DNA of 64,000 nt from Candidatus Zhuqueibacterota bacterium (GTDB taxonomy: Bacteria; Zhuqueibacterota; Zhuqueibacteria; Oceanimicrobiales; Oceanimicrobiaceae): assembly GCA_029262035.1 (NCBI GenBank), contig JAJDAE010000296.1, positions 182 to 64,181 of the forward strand. The letters run 5' to 3'. Positions within the stretch are counted from its first letter, which is position 1. Every line of letters begins with the position of its first letter. Positions 50,114-60,747 of this stretch are shown piece by piece. Position numbers and translations under genes: made by a program. The notes under the pieces are model-generated. The model ran no database searches, was not told where the DNA came from, and saw only the letters and a list, made by a program, of their open reading frames with translations.

Positions 50114-52195
50114 TTAAGCTTCTCGCTCTGCCTTCCAGGCATCCATAATTTTTTTTGCAACATCGTTGGGGACAGTTTCATAATGAGAAAACTTTCTACG
50201 ATGCAGGCCCCTGCCATGTGTTAGAGATCTCAAAGTTGTCGAATATTTGTAAAGATCTGCAAGGGGTACTTTTGCTTTAACAATCTGAAAAGGACCTTCG
50301 GAATCCATACCTGAAATTTTTCCCCTTCTTCCGGAAATATCTCCCATAACATCGCCCATATATTCTTCCGGAACAGTAATTTCCACATCATAAATCGGCT
50401 CAAGCAATACAGGTTTAGCCTCTGCAAAAGCTTTTCTAAAGGCCATTGAACCGGCCACTTTAAACGCCATTTCTGAAGAATCCACATTGTGATAAGTACC
50501 ATCGTAAAGAGAAACCTTTACATCTACGACTTTGCAGCCTGCAAGAATACCATCAACCATGGATTCTCTTATTCCTTTTTCGACTGCCGGGATAAATTTT
50601 CCCGGGATTGACCCACCCACAACTTGGTTCACAAATTCAAATCCTTCGCCATTAGGCAACGGCTCCAGTCTAATCCAAACATCACCATATTGTCCCCTAC
50701 CGCCGGATTGTTTTTTATACTTATATTGTGTTTGAGATTTTCCCTTTATAGTTTCCCTGTAAGGAATTTTTGGCTCTACTAAATTTACTTCTACGCCAAA
50801 TTTGTCTTTAAGGCGCTTTACAACGATATCCAAATGCAATTCTCCCTGTCCCGAAATAATTGTCTGATGGAGCTCCGGATCAAAACTCGAAATAAATGTT
50901 GGATCTTGTTCATGCAATGTGTGCAGCCCCGTGGAAATTTTATCATCATCGCCTTTAGTTTTTGGTTCAACCGCCACTCTAATTACAGGAGGTGGGAAAT
51001 TGATTTCCTGCAAAACTACCGGATGTTGTTTATTGGCCAAAGTGTTTCCTGTATGAGTATCTTTTAGTTTAACAGTAGCTCCGATATCTCCAAAACTTAG
51101 CGAGCTAACTTCCTTTCTACTCTTACCATTCATTACATAAATCTGGCCCAGTTTTTCACTAACATTTCGCGTAGTATTTTGTACATCAGCCCCAACATTC
51201 AATTTACCTGAGACGACCTTAAAGAAAGACATTTCACCCAGATGGGATTCAGACACAGTTTTAAATATCAACAGAGAAAGCGGTGCATCAGTTTTACAAG
51301 AAACTTCAACATCACTATCTCCCCTTTTTGCAGATTCACTAACTTTATTGGCGGCTGACGGGCAGTAATCAGCAACAAAATCTAACAGATGCTTTGAGCC
51401 AATATTTTTTTCTGCTGCCCCGCACAAAACAGGAAAAACCGACTTATTGGCGATACCTGACTTTATTCCTTCAGCCAATTCTTCTTTGGATAACGTACCC
51501 TCTTCAAAAAATTTTTCTAACAATGCATCATCACTCTCTGCTGCCATTTCAATCAACTTCTCGTGCAAATCATCAGCTTGAGCCTGGAGGTTGTCAGGAA
51601 TGGCTGATGTGGAAAAATTCCCGGAACCATTTGTTTCGTACTTTACCAAAGTCATTCCCAGCAAATCCACAAAGCTATCGAACCCGTCTCCGGCATTTAT
51701 GGGCAAATGCACCATTACACCCTTGTTTTTAAAACGCTCTTGAATGCTTGAAAAAACTTGATTAAAATCAGCATGTTCTTTATCCATTCGGTTTACATAA
51801 AAGAGGGATGCAGTACCATACTCATTCATAATTTTAGATACGCTTTCTGTTCCAACTTCAACACCCGATACCGCATTTAGAACTAACACTCCTAAATCGG
51901 TTACGCGTAATGCACCTTGTACTTCCCCATTAAAATCTGAGTAACCCGGAGTATCAAGTACATTAATTTTTGTATTTTTCCACTCGCAATGAAGTAAACC
52001 AGTACTAATAGAAATTTTTCTTTCAATTTCATCAGAATTATAATCCGAAGCTGTTGAACCATCTTCAACTTTACCTTGTCTATTAATTTCACCTGATGTG
52101 AACAGCAATGCTTCAGACAGGGTTGTTTTTCCCACTGTCGCATGGCCAACAACTGCTAAATTCCGAATGTTTTCTGCAGAATACTCTTTCACCAA
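50114..52195 (-). CDS. fusA: Elongation factor G paralog (EF-G2 type)
   Basis: GHATVGKTT, RKISI, DTPGYSDF, KKQSGGRGQYG; not in the str operon. Confidence 0.9.
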   Translation of the reverse strand: MVKEYSAENIRNLAVVGHATVGKTTLSEALLFTSGEINRQGKVEDGSTASDYNSDEIERKISISTGLLHCEWKNTKINVLDTPGYSDFNGEVQGALRVTDLGVLVLNAVSGVEVGTESVSKIMNEYGTASLFYVNRMDKEHADFNQVFSSIQERFKNKGVMVHLPINAGDGFDSFVDLLGMTLVKYETNGSGNFSTSAIPDNLQAQADDLHEKLIEMAAESDDALLEKFFEEGTLSKEELAEGIKSGIANKSVFPVLCGAAEKNIGSKHLLDFVADYCPSAANKVSESAKRGDSDVEVSCKTDAPLSLLIFKTVSESHLGEMSFFKVVSGKLNVGADVQNTTRNVSEKLGQIYVMNGKSRKEVSSLSFGDIGATVKLKDTHTGNTLANKQHPVVLQEINFPPPVIRVAVEPKTKGDDDKISTGLHTLHEQDPTFISSFDPELHQTIISGQGELHLDIVVKRLKDKFGVEVNLVEPKIPYRETIKGKSQTQYKYKKQSGGRGQYGDVWIRLEPLPNGEGFEFVNQVVGGSIPGKFIPAVEKGIRESMVDGILAGCKVVDVKVSLYDGTYHNVDSSEMAFKVAGSMAFRKAFAEAKPVLLEPIYDVEITVPEEYMGDVMGDISGRRGKISGMDSEGPFQIVKAKVPLADLYKYSTTLRSLTHGRGLHRRKFSHYETVPNDVAKKIMDAWKAEREA

Positions 52196-52613
52196 AACCT
52201 CCCTTTTTCAATCTGAAAATGAATTAGTTGTTTTTGAGAATCTATAGTTCTTATATTAAAAAAAAATTGGGATACTATCAAAACCAACTCAATATTTATA
52301 TTGAGTTTTAGTTGATTGTGCAGTAATTGAAGCAATATATGGGGCATGTGTAAATGATATTTTAACATTTACAGAAATTATCAGAAATTTGGACAACTAA
52401 TTTATGTATTTCATAAGAAAAAGAATGAATGAACGATTCATTACTATTGATAAGTGAAATTATTATAATGTAATCGTTTTTAAAAGTCAAGAAAAAGTTG
52501 CTTGACTGAATAGTTGTTCAATTGACGACAAAAAATATGGCAAATTATGGCATATAAGTTTTCAAACATGGCCCAATGTAGGTATATATTATTTTAACTA
52601 ACGCCTACGCTCG

Positions 52614-52660
52614 ATGTTAAAATACTTCGGGAGATAAAACCACTAAATGTTAAAATACTT
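52614..52660. repeat. Perfect 14-bp direct repeat ATGTTAAAATACTT, two copies; candidate regulator site
   Basis: Copies at 52614-52627 and 52647-52660, upstream of TTGACT-N17-TATTTT at 52685-52713. Confidence 0.6.
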
Positions 52661-52801
52661 TAACTCTGTTTCACCAATAAGCTCTTGACTATCAAGGTTT
52701 TTAATTGTATTTTCATGCCTTAAACTGAACGATTATCGACCACTTTTACAACTACTTTACGGAAATTGCTTCACAGTGTCACACCATATTCTGACTCAAA
52801 A

Positions 52802-53752
52802 ATGAACAACGACAACAATATGAAAACAATTCTTGTCGTTGATGATGTTCCTGTAAACATACAATTATTATCGACTTACCTTTCTTCCGAAGGCTATACG
52901 ATAATATCTGCGAAGGACGGGCAGCATGCATTGGACATGGTTTATGAAAATACCCCGGATCTGGTTCTGCTTGATGTTATGATGCCAAAAATTAATGGGT
53001 TTGAAGTTTGTAAAAAATTAAAATCATCGGAAGATACTAAATTTATACCGGTTATTATGCTAACAGCGTTAAATGACCTGGAAAATAAAATAAAAGGCAT
53101 GGATTCCGGGGCTGATGATTTTATTACCAAACCCTTTAACCGAATGGAGCTTCTTGCCCGAGTTCGCTCTCTTCTCCGCATAAAATATTTGCACGATGAA
53201 TTACAAAAAAAGATAATCGAACTCCAAAGTACAAAAGAAGAGCTCAGGCAGCTTTCAATTACAGATGGATTAACCGGTTTATACAATTACAGATATTTTA
53301 AAGAGCAGTTTACCCAGGAAATAAGTCGTGCATTGCGGCATGCTCTCAACGTCTCTTTGATTATGATTGACATAGACCATTTCAAAAATTTTAATGACCA
53401 AAATGGGCATCCTGCCGGAGACAGAGTGTTACAAGAACTGGGCTCTCTCTTAAAAAGTAATATTCGTAATATCGACATGGCTGCCAGGTATGGCGGCGAA
53501 GAATTTACCTTAATTTTAATCGAAACCGATAAAAATTCTGCACTAGTTGTAGCAGAAAAAATCAGAAAATTAATCGAAACGAATAAATTTCATCACGAAG
53601 AAAAGCAACCTCTCGGTAAAATTACAATAAGCAGCGGCTTGTCAACATTCCCTGAAGATGGTCATGACTTTAGTACTTTAGTAGAAAAGGCGGACCAAAG
53701 ACTATACAGGGCAAAACAAGCCGGCAGAAATATTCTGTTTGCAGATTCATAA
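52802..53752 (+). CDS. Response regulator diguanylate cyclase (REC-GGDEF)
   Basis: VVDD..LLDVMMP..KP receiver; RNID I-site and RYGGEEF A-site; start uncertain. Confidence 0.93.
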   Translation: MNNDNNMKTILVVDDVPVNIQLLSTYLSSEGYTIISAKDGQHALDMVYENTPDLVLLDVMMPKINGFEVCKKLKSSEDTKFIPVIMLTALNDLENKIKGMDSGADDFITKPFNRMELLARVRSLLRIKYLHDELQKKIIELQSTKEELRQLSITDGLTGLYNYRYFKEQFTQEISRALRHALNVSLIMIDIDHFKNFNDQNGHPAGDRVLQELGSLLKSNIRNIDMAARYGGEEFTLILIETDKNSALVVAEKIRKLIETNKFHHEEKQPLGKITISSGLSTFPEDGHDFSTLVEKADQRLYRAKQAGRNILFADS

Positions 53753-53763
53753 AAGGGGAATTT

Positions 53764-55272
53764 ATGAAGCTAACTTTTTTTGCTAACAAATCGTTGGACC
53801 GAAAATTATTTGTAATAATTTTCGTGGCTACACTTTTGCCAGTTTGCTTTATGGTAGGACTTTCATTTAAAATATCTGCCAATTCGGGATCCAATATATT
53901 CAATTCACCTTTGATGTACCTCGTGCTTGTGTCTATGGTCTTAGGGCTTTCCTTTGGCGTAACCACAATACTCAGCCATTTAATTACAAAGCCGCTGAAC
54001 AGCTTCATTAAATCCGCAACAGAAATAGCCCGAGGAGAACTTTCCAAAAAAATTGTGGTGACTCCACAAAAAGAATTAGGCAAACTAGCCTGGCTTTTTA
54101 ATTATATGGTAGAAGATCTTAGAAGAGCCAAAGATGTCCACAAAGTAAGTGAGAGACTTCTCGAAAAAGAAAAGATTGAGACTATTCTTAAAAGTACAGC
54201 AGACGGTATTATCTTAACAAATGAGAAAGCGCGGCTTCTTCTTGTAAACCCGATTGTTGAAAAATGGTTTGACATTAAGCATGATAAGGTTGAAGACATT
54301 GCGTTGAAAAAAGTAATACAACACGAGAATCTAAACAGCCACCTGGCTGCCTTTACTAATACACCGGATTCGAAAGATAAAAATTACGAAATCATTTTAC
54401 AAGATGAAAATAGTAATAAGCAAAGAGTTCTTCAGGTAAAGTCGGTAAAGGTTCATGACAAACAAACGGGCAAATTAAACTCCGTAGTTACGGTTTTAAG
54501 AGATATTACTCGGGAAAAAGAGATCGACCGACTCAAAACCGAACTTGTCTCCATGGTTGCTCACGAGCTACGCTCACCACTAACCTGTATCTCCGGTTTC
54601 AGCGAGCTCTTGCTTGATGATTCAGTAACTAAAGAGCAGTCCGGAGAATATGCCAATATTATTCTGAAAGAATCAAATCGACTCAATGATCTTATCAACA
54701 AATTTCTTGACATATCAAAAATTGAATCCGGTAAAAGCCAGTTAAACAAAAGCCCGGTAGATATGAAAATGTTAATAGAAAAAGTTCTCGATTTCAATTC
54801 GCAGCTTGCTCAAAAGAAGCAAATTAAAGTGAAATTTGAAGCACCGAAACAAATTTTAGCAATCGAAATAGACCGAAATATGATTGAACAGGCCATTTTG
54901 AATCTTTTTTCAAACGCAGCTAAATACAGTCCTGAAAGCGCAACAATCAAAGTACGGCTCAATGTAATTGAAGATAAAATAATTCTTGATGTTGAAGATA
55001 CAGGTTACGGCATCTCCCCGAACTCACTTCCACGTATCTTTGACAAATTTTTCCGTGTTTCTGACAATGACAATGTTGTTGACATTGAAGGCTCGGGCCT
55101 CGGCTTACCCCTGGTAAAAGAAATCGTTGAAATCCATGGTGGGAAAATTCTGGTAAAGAGTGAACTTGGTAAAGGCTCCAAATTCACAATTTCCTTACCT
55201 TACAGTAACAACCTATCGGAGTCAACAGAGGATTTTGCCAGAGTTGAATATGAAACTGAAACCCCAATTTAA
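53764..55272 (+). CDS. Membrane sensor histidine kinase (HAMP-PAS-HisKA-HATPase)
   Basis: Two TM helices, HAMP, AHELRSPL, NAAKY, DTGYG, GSGLGL. Confidence 0.93.
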   Translation: MKLTFFANKSLDRKLFVIIFVATLLPVCFMVGLSFKISANSGSNIFNSPLMYLVLVSMVLGLSFGVTTILSHLITKPLNSFIKSATEIARGELSKKIVVTPQKELGKLAWLFNYMVEDLRRAKDVHKVSERLLEKEKIETILKSTADGIILTNEKARLLLVNPIVEKWFDIKHDKVEDIALKKVIQHENLNSHLAAFTNTPDSKDKNYEIILQDENSNKQRVLQVKSVKVHDKQTGKLNSVVTVLRDITREKEIDRLKTELVSMVAHELRSPLTCISGFSELLLDDSVTKEQSGEYANIILKESNRLNDLINKFLDISKIESGKSQLNKSPVDMKMLIEKVLDFNSQLAQKKQIKVKFEAPKQILAIEIDRNMIEQAILNLFSNAAKYSPESATIKVRLNVIEDKIILDVEDTGYGISPNSLPRIFDKFFRVSDNDNVVDIEGSGLGLPLVKEIVEIHGGKILVKSELGKGSKFTISLPYSNNLSESTEDFARVEYETETPI

Positions 55273-55332
55273 CTTAAAGTTATACCCTTAAGCTGTTCTA
55301 TTGAGCATTAAGGGTAAAAAAAACAACCAATA

Positions 55333-57231
55333 ATGGAAAGACGGCGTACAATCTTATTTGTCGATGATGACGAGGATATGCTGGAAATTGGCGGCATTAT
55401 TCTAAGAAAAGCAGGGTATACTTACGTCCCGGCTGACTCCGCAGAAGTTGGTCTTGAAATCCTTCTAACCCAAAAACCAGATCTCATAATTCTTGATTAT
55501 TTCATGCCCGGGTTAAATGGATATGAATTTTTTCAAACCTTAGTTAAGAATGTCAAATATCATAGTGCTAAAGATATTCCGGTAATAATGCTCACTGCTG
55601 CTTCGGAACAGGATGTCGAACGCCAACAATTATTTGAATTAGGCTTAAGCGCCTTCCTCCAAAAACCATTCGGCAATAGGGAGTTACTAAATGTTATCGA
55701 GAACGTTTTTATTCTCAATGATTTACAACTCGAGAATAAAAAACTTGAGGAGCAGATAAAAAGAACAGAGTATAAATACCAGGATTTAATTGAAAATGCG
55801 AGCGATTTAATTTTCACTCTCGATCCGGAAGCACGTTTTGTTTTTATAAATCGACGCTTAAAACAAATATCCGGCTTTGATAGAGAAAAATGGATTGGTA
55901 AAAAATGCATTGAAATAATTCATAAGGAGGATATTGAAAAATCCAGAGAACATTTATCCAAAGCAATTAACGGCAAATCCAGAATTTTTGAAACTCGCCT
56001 GAATCTGAATGGAAGTAAAAGCATTTATCTATCCATAAACTGCAACCCTATCTTTGAAAAAGGCCAGGTCGTGGGCTGTGTTGCAATAGCCCGGGATATT
56101 ACTGAAGAAAAAATGTTAGAGCAAGAAATTGTTGAGCTCAAAAATTTCAATGAAAGTATCATTCAAAGTATGGGCTCGGGGTTACTTACAATCAACCTCA
56201 ATAACACGATAACTTCTTTTAATAACAGCGCTACAGAAATTTTGGGATATGCTCCGGATGAAATTGTGCACAAAAGACTTCAGGATATTTTCCCGGAAGA
56301 AGATTGTGAAAAAATTCTGGAAAATGTTAAAAGTCCCCAGCAAGGTCTTTTAAATCGTGAAATGCCATTAACAGCGAAAAATGGTAAGCCCATCTTTATT
56401 GGTTTTTCAGTCACCCCGAGGTACGACACAAAAAACCACCGGGTCGGTACAATAATATCTTTTAAAGATATCAGTCAAATTAAACATATGCAAACTGAAG
56501 TTCAAAGAATGGATAGATTGGCATCGATGGGTGTATTGGCATCGGGTATTGCACATGAAATCAGAAATCCTTTAGCCGGCATTAAAACAATAGCTCAGAC
56601 CTTGGAAGAAGAAATTGAACATAGTGACCACAAACGTGAGTACGTCTCAAGAATTGTCAGACAAGTTAATCGCATGGATGATCTTCTCAAAACAATTTTT
56701 TCGTATGCGAAGCCAAGAGAACCCAAACTAAAATATCATCGTTTGAATGAAATTATATATGAAGTTTTCGCCCTGCTTGAAAACCGAATGAAAAAACAAT
56801 CTATAAAGTATCAAAGTTTTTTTCACGAAGAGTTACCATTGATATACGTTGATTTCTATCAAATTCAGCAGGTGTTCATTAATTTATTTTTAAATGCTCT
56901 CGACGCAATGCCGGATGGCGGCACGCTGCAGCTAGAGGCAATTCCAAAAGTCACAACTCTTAACCGCTTGGATCGCAGAGGCAGAGCCTTTCCTGTTCAA
57001 AATGAAAGCTCCCTTTTTGTAGATGTTACTTTGCAAGACTCCGGAATTGGAATTTCTGAAGAAAATTTATCTTCGATTTTCAATCCTTTCTTTACAACAA
57101 AACCACAAGGCTCAGGATTAGGATTGTCAATCGTCTACCAAATTGTAACCGAACACAATGGAGACATTCAGGTAGAAAGTGAACACGACAAAGGAACCAC
57201 TTTCAAATTACTTTTACCTACGGAGGAATAA
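55333..57231 (+). CDS. Cytoplasmic hybrid kinase REC-PAS-PAS-HisKA-HATPase (NtrB/AtoS-like)
   Basis: N-terminal receiver, two PAS domains, AHEIRNPL, PFFTTK..GSGLGL. Confidence 0.92.
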   Translation: MERRRTILFVDDDEDMLEIGGIILRKAGYTYVPADSAEVGLEILLTQKPDLIILDYFMPGLNGYEFFQTLVKNVKYHSAKDIPVIMLTAASEQDVERQQLFELGLSAFLQKPFGNRELLNVIENVFILNDLQLENKKLEEQIKRTEYKYQDLIENASDLIFTLDPEARFVFINRRLKQISGFDREKWIGKKCIEIIHKEDIEKSREHLSKAINGKSRIFETRLNLNGSKSIYLSINCNPIFEKGQVVGCVAIARDITEEKMLEQEIVELKNFNESIIQSMGSGLLTINLNNTITSFNNSATEILGYAPDEIVHKRLQDIFPEEDCEKILENVKSPQQGLLNREMPLTAKNGKPIFIGFSVTPRYDTKNHRVGTIISFKDISQIKHMQTEVQRMDRLASMGVLASGIAHEIRNPLAGIKTIAQTLEEEIEHSDHKREYVSRIVRQVNRMDDLLKTIFSYAKPREPKLKYHRLNEIIYEVFALLENRMKKQSIKYQSFFHEELPLIYVDFYQIQQVFINLFLNALDAMPDGGTLQLEAIPKVTTLNRLDRRGRAFPVQNESSLFVDVTLQDSGIGISEENLSSIFNPFFTTKPQGSGLGLSIVYQIVTEHNGDIQVESEHDKGTTFKLLLPTEE

Positions 57232-57236
57232 TTTCT

Positions 57237-58604
57237 ATGCCAAAAGCGAGTATTCTGATAATTGAGGACAATGAAGATCTTTGCCAGACACTTGCAGATG
57301 TATTAAAAAAAGATGGCAATAAAGTAACGACTGCGTTTAAAGGTAAAGATGGTCTGGGAATTCTGGAAAAAGATATTATCGATCTGGTTTTACTGGATAT
57401 CAAATTACCGGATCTCAATGGCATACAAATTTTGCAGACAATCAAAGACAAAGACCCGGATATACTCGTTATAATGATTACCGCGACTACAGACGCACGC
57501 CCTGCCATAGATGCTATGAAAATGGGAGCATACGATTATTTGATGAAACCGTTTGATTTGGTCCAACTCAAATTAGTAATTGCAAAGGCGCTTGAAACAC
57601 AGAACTTAAAAAAAGAAGTCTCCCGGCTAAAGACACAACAGCGCGAAAAATTTCCCGACAATGAAATGTATGGGGAAGCCAAACCGATGCAGGAACTAAA
57701 AAAGCTGATAAAAATTGTGGCAGCAACTCCGAAAACATCCGTTCTCATTCAAGGTGAAAGCGGTACTGGCAAGGAACTCGTATCCGATGCCGTACATAAT
57801 TGGAGTGCACGCAAGGACAAACCCATCGTCAAAATAAACTGTAGCGCCATTCCTGAAAATTTGCTCGAAAGTGAGCTGTTCGGCCACGAGAAAGGCGCTT
57901 TTACAGATGCCAAATACCTGAAGAAGGGCATTTTTGAAATGGCCAATAATGGCACAATTTTCCTTGATGAAATTTCAAACATGCAAATGTCAATTCAGCC
58001 AAAGTTTTTACGGGTATTGGAGACCCAATCATTTCGTCGAATTGGTGGCACCTCCGACATAAATGTGGATGTCAGAATTATTGCAGCCACAAACCGTAAC
58101 CTGGAAGATTGCGTTGAAGCCCAGACTTTTCGCGAAGATTTATATTATAGATTAAAAGTAATGGTACTAAACATCCCAGCCTTACGAGAAAGAATTACCG
58201 ACATCATTCCACTTGCCATGTTATTTATTGAAAGAAATAACCGCGAGTTTGGTAAAAACATAAAAGGGATATCTGATGAAGCTGCTGAAAAAATGTTATC
58301 CTATCAGTGGCCTGGAAATGTGAGAGAACTAAAAAATGTTATTGAGCGTGCAGTTATTTTATGTTACGATGACCAATTGCAATCAGAACATTTACCTCTG
58401 GAACTCCTAGCTGGAAAATCCAAAATCACGACTTCAAATCAGTTTGGGGCTTTGCTTGAAGATGATGATTCTCTAGAAGAAATGGAACGGCGCCATATAA
58501 AGCTAGTCCTTGAAAAATATGATGGCAATAAATCAAAAACTTCAAGAATGTTAAATATATCACGGTCTACCCTACGTGAAAAAATGAAAAACTATGGCAT
58601 ATAG
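57237..58604 (+). CDS. Sigma54-dependent response regulator (NtrC/AtoC family)
   Basis: REC, GESGTGKE, ESELFGHEKGAFTDA, WPGNVREL, Fis-type HTH. Confidence 0.95.
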   Translation: MPKASILIIEDNEDLCQTLADVLKKDGNKVTTAFKGKDGLGILEKDIIDLVLLDIKLPDLNGIQILQTIKDKDPDILVIMITATTDARPAIDAMKMGAYDYLMKPFDLVQLKLVIAKALETQNLKKEVSRLKTQQREKFPDNEMYGEAKPMQELKKLIKIVAATPKTSVLIQGESGTGKELVSDAVHNWSARKDKPIVKINCSAIPENLLESELFGHEKGAFTDAKYLKKGIFEMANNGTIFLDEISNMQMSIQPKFLRVLETQSFRRIGGTSDINVDVRIIAATNRNLEDCVEAQTFREDLYYRLKVMVLNIPALRERITDIIPLAMLFIERNNREFGKNIKGISDEAAEKMLSYQWPGNVRELKNVIERAVILCYDDQLQSEHLPLELLAGKSKITTSNQFGALLEDDDSLEEMERRHIKLVLEKYDGNKSKTSRMLNISRSTLREKMKNYGI

Positions 58605-58797
58605 CAATTGGTTGATTATCGGCCACCCTGTATTGATTTTATTCCATATTTTTGATATCTAAATATAAGATCCTCCTGTAGTTATTCCGTATATTTCTGC
58701 TCTATTGTCAACTTTAGGGTCAAGATTTCCTTTCCTCCTGACGAATCAAACTAAAACATCGACAAACTGACTTTGTCATTTAGACATTGAAGTTATT

Positions 58798-58815
58798 TTG
58801 GTATACCTTTTGCAT
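58798..58815 (+). promoter_or_regulatory. Sigma54 -24/-12 promoter
   Basis: TTGGTATACCTTTTGCAT gives GG-N10-GC, about 40 nt before the start codon and just downstream of a sigma54 activator gene. Confidence 0.7.
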
Positions 58816-58854
58816 TTTACCACCATGTATAATTGTTGCATCGGAGCTTACGTG

Positions 58855-59523
58855 ATGATAGAGAAAAAAAGAATTTTGATTGTGGATGATGAAGAAGATA
58901 TTACATGGGCTATATCAAAAAATCTAACAAACGCTAACACCAATTTAGAAATAAAATGTGTCCATGATGGTGACACAGCTTACAACTTATTAAATAACCA
59001 AACCTTCGACCTTGTTGTCTCCGACGTAAGAATGCCAGGCAGAGACGGTTTCCAACTCATGCTTGATATTCGCAAAAAAAGTCCTGTAACAAAAATTATA
59101 TTAATGACGGCCTATGGCTCTCAGGATATTATGAAAAAGGCCGATACTTTTGGCAGTTATTTTTATATCGAAAAACCATTTGATATTGGTTACTTAAAAC
59201 AACTTGTATTTGATGCGCTTGAAATTGATAAAACAGGTTTTGTAGGTCATCTCGACAAAGCCGGGCTTGGAGAGTTAATTGAGGTAAATTGTTCATCCAA
59301 GAGCAATTCGCAGTTGACTGTGACCAGCCAAAATGGAATCGGCACAATCTATTTTAAAAATGGTGATGTCATTCACGCTGAATGCGGTGACTTAAAAAGT
59401 GAAAGAGCTTTTTATAACATTCTGAATTGGAATACTGGGACATTTAAAATTACCGGACAGGGCAACAATACGCAAAGATCAATTTTTAGAGACTGGAAGA
59501 CTCTTTTGCACCAAAGCTCTTAG
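58855..59523 (+). CDS. Response regulator with C-terminal DUF4388 (PATAN-like) domain
   Basis: REC (IVDDE, SDVRMP, TAYG, KPF) then G.IYFKNGDVIHA..W.TGTF; GGAG RBS before ATG 58855. Confidence 0.85.
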   Translation: MIEKKRILIVDDEEDITWAISKNLTNANTNLEIKCVHDGDTAYNLLNNQTFDLVVSDVRMPGRDGFQLMLDIRKKSPVTKIILMTAYGSQDIMKKADTFGSYFYIEKPFDIGYLKQLVFDALEIDKTGFVGHLDKAGLGELIEVNCSSKSNSQLTVTSQNGIGTIYFKNGDVIHAECGDLKSERAFYNILNWNTGTFKITGQGNNTQRSIFRDWKTLLHQSS

Positions 59524-59546
59524 GGTAGTAAAAAAGGATTTTTACT

Positions 59547-60356
59547 ATGTCAGAAATTATCGCAATCGCGAGTCAAAAAGGTGGGGTTGGCAAAACAACT
59601 ACGGCCGTTAACCTTGGAGCTAGTTTAGCATCCTTAGGAAAAAAAATACTGCTGGTAGATATTGACCCGCAAGGCAGTGTTTCAGCAAGTTTTGGTTATA
59701 CTCGTTACGACATTAACGCCGGTGTCCTCGATATATTTTTAACCGACACCCCAATCCGCGACACTATCCACCCTACAGGTCAACACAACTTCGAATTTAT
59801 CCCCACAAATTTATGGTCGGATGAAAATGACCGCCGGAAACTTATCGGCATCACTTCAAAAAATAAATTAAAAGAAGAATTGGCTAAAATTCGGCATGAG
59901 TATGATTTTATTCTTATTGATTGCCCTCCCTCTTTAGGTAATCTCACATTTAACGCATTAATTTCTGCAGACTCATTAATAATCCCCATTCAATGCGAAT
60001 ACTATGCTTTAAAGGCATTGGGCAGGTTCCTAAAGTTAACCAGAATCATAAAACACGAAAATAATCCCAATTTACAATACCGCGGGTTTCTTCTTACCAT
60101 GGTAGATCTTCGAAATAATTTAACAAAAGTTGTGATGGAAAAAATCCGATATACTTTACAAGGTTTGGTCTTTGATACAATTATTCCAAGAAATATCAGA
60201 CTGGCAGAAGTCCCTTATTATGGTGAACCGGTTATTAGTTTTGACAAGAATTGCAAAGGCGCCCAAAGCTATCTTGATTTGGCACGAGAAGTTTTGCAAA
60301 AAGAGGACAACCAACCCCACATAGTTGACGATAATACAAAAGTAGAAGTTATCTGA
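59547..60356 (+). CDS. parA: ParA/Soj-family ATPase (orphan, no parB)
   Basis: QKGGVGKTT, DIDPQG, IDCPP, IPRNIRLAE. Confidence 0.88.
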   Translation: MSEIIAIASQKGGVGKTTTAVNLGASLASLGKKILLVDIDPQGSVSASFGYTRYDINAGVLDIFLTDTPIRDTIHPTGQHNFEFIPTNLWSDENDRRKLIGITSKNKLKEELAKIRHEYDFILIDCPPSLGNLTFNALISADSLIIPIQCEYYALKALGRFLKLTRIIKHENNPNLQYRGFLLTMVDLRNNLTKVVMEKIRYTLQGLVFDTIIPRNIRLAEVPYYGEPVISFDKNCKGAQSYLDLAREVLQKEDNQPHIVDDNTKVEVI

Positions 60357-60363
60357 GTATCAC

Positions 60364-60747
60364 ATGCAAAAAGTCTTGATTGTAGACAACAACACGCACG
60401 CAAAGAACGGTTTATCCGAAATATTAACCGACGAAGGATATCTAGTCGATGTGGCGCCAAATGCAACGGTGGCGCTTTCGTTAGACATTTCCAACTATAA
60501 TGTTCTCATTACTGACCAAAACCTAACAGATTTATCAGGTCTTGAATTAGCCAATAGAGTGAACGCAATAAATCCGAATATTGAAGTAGTAATTATTACA
60601 TCATTTCAAATTCAAGACTGGCAGAATAATCCAGATTATTTATGCCTTACTAAACCACTGGAAGTAGATTTTCTTTTGGATTCACTACAAGATAAACTGA
60701 CCCCAGCATTCGAGAATAGTATAGCGCAGGAGACGGACGGTAGATGA
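60364..60747 (+). CDS. Single-domain response regulator
   Basis: LIVDN, LITD phospho-Asp, ITS, KP. Confidence 0.8.
   Translation: MQKVLIVDNNTHAKNGLSEILTDEGYLVDVAPNATVALSLDISNYNVLITDQNLTDLSGLELANRVNAINPNIEVVIITSFQIQDWQNNPDYLCLTKPLEVDFLLDSLQDKLTPAFENSIAQETDGR

Noticed and set aside
58798..58854. N-terminal extension of the REC-DUF4388 ORF given in the track
   Set aside because: It overlaps the sigma54 promoter, and the RBS supports a start at 58852 or 58855
59547..60356. ParA as a sign of a plasmid or prophage partition system
   Set aside because: No parB, rep, integrase or phage genes nearby; the context is chromosomal
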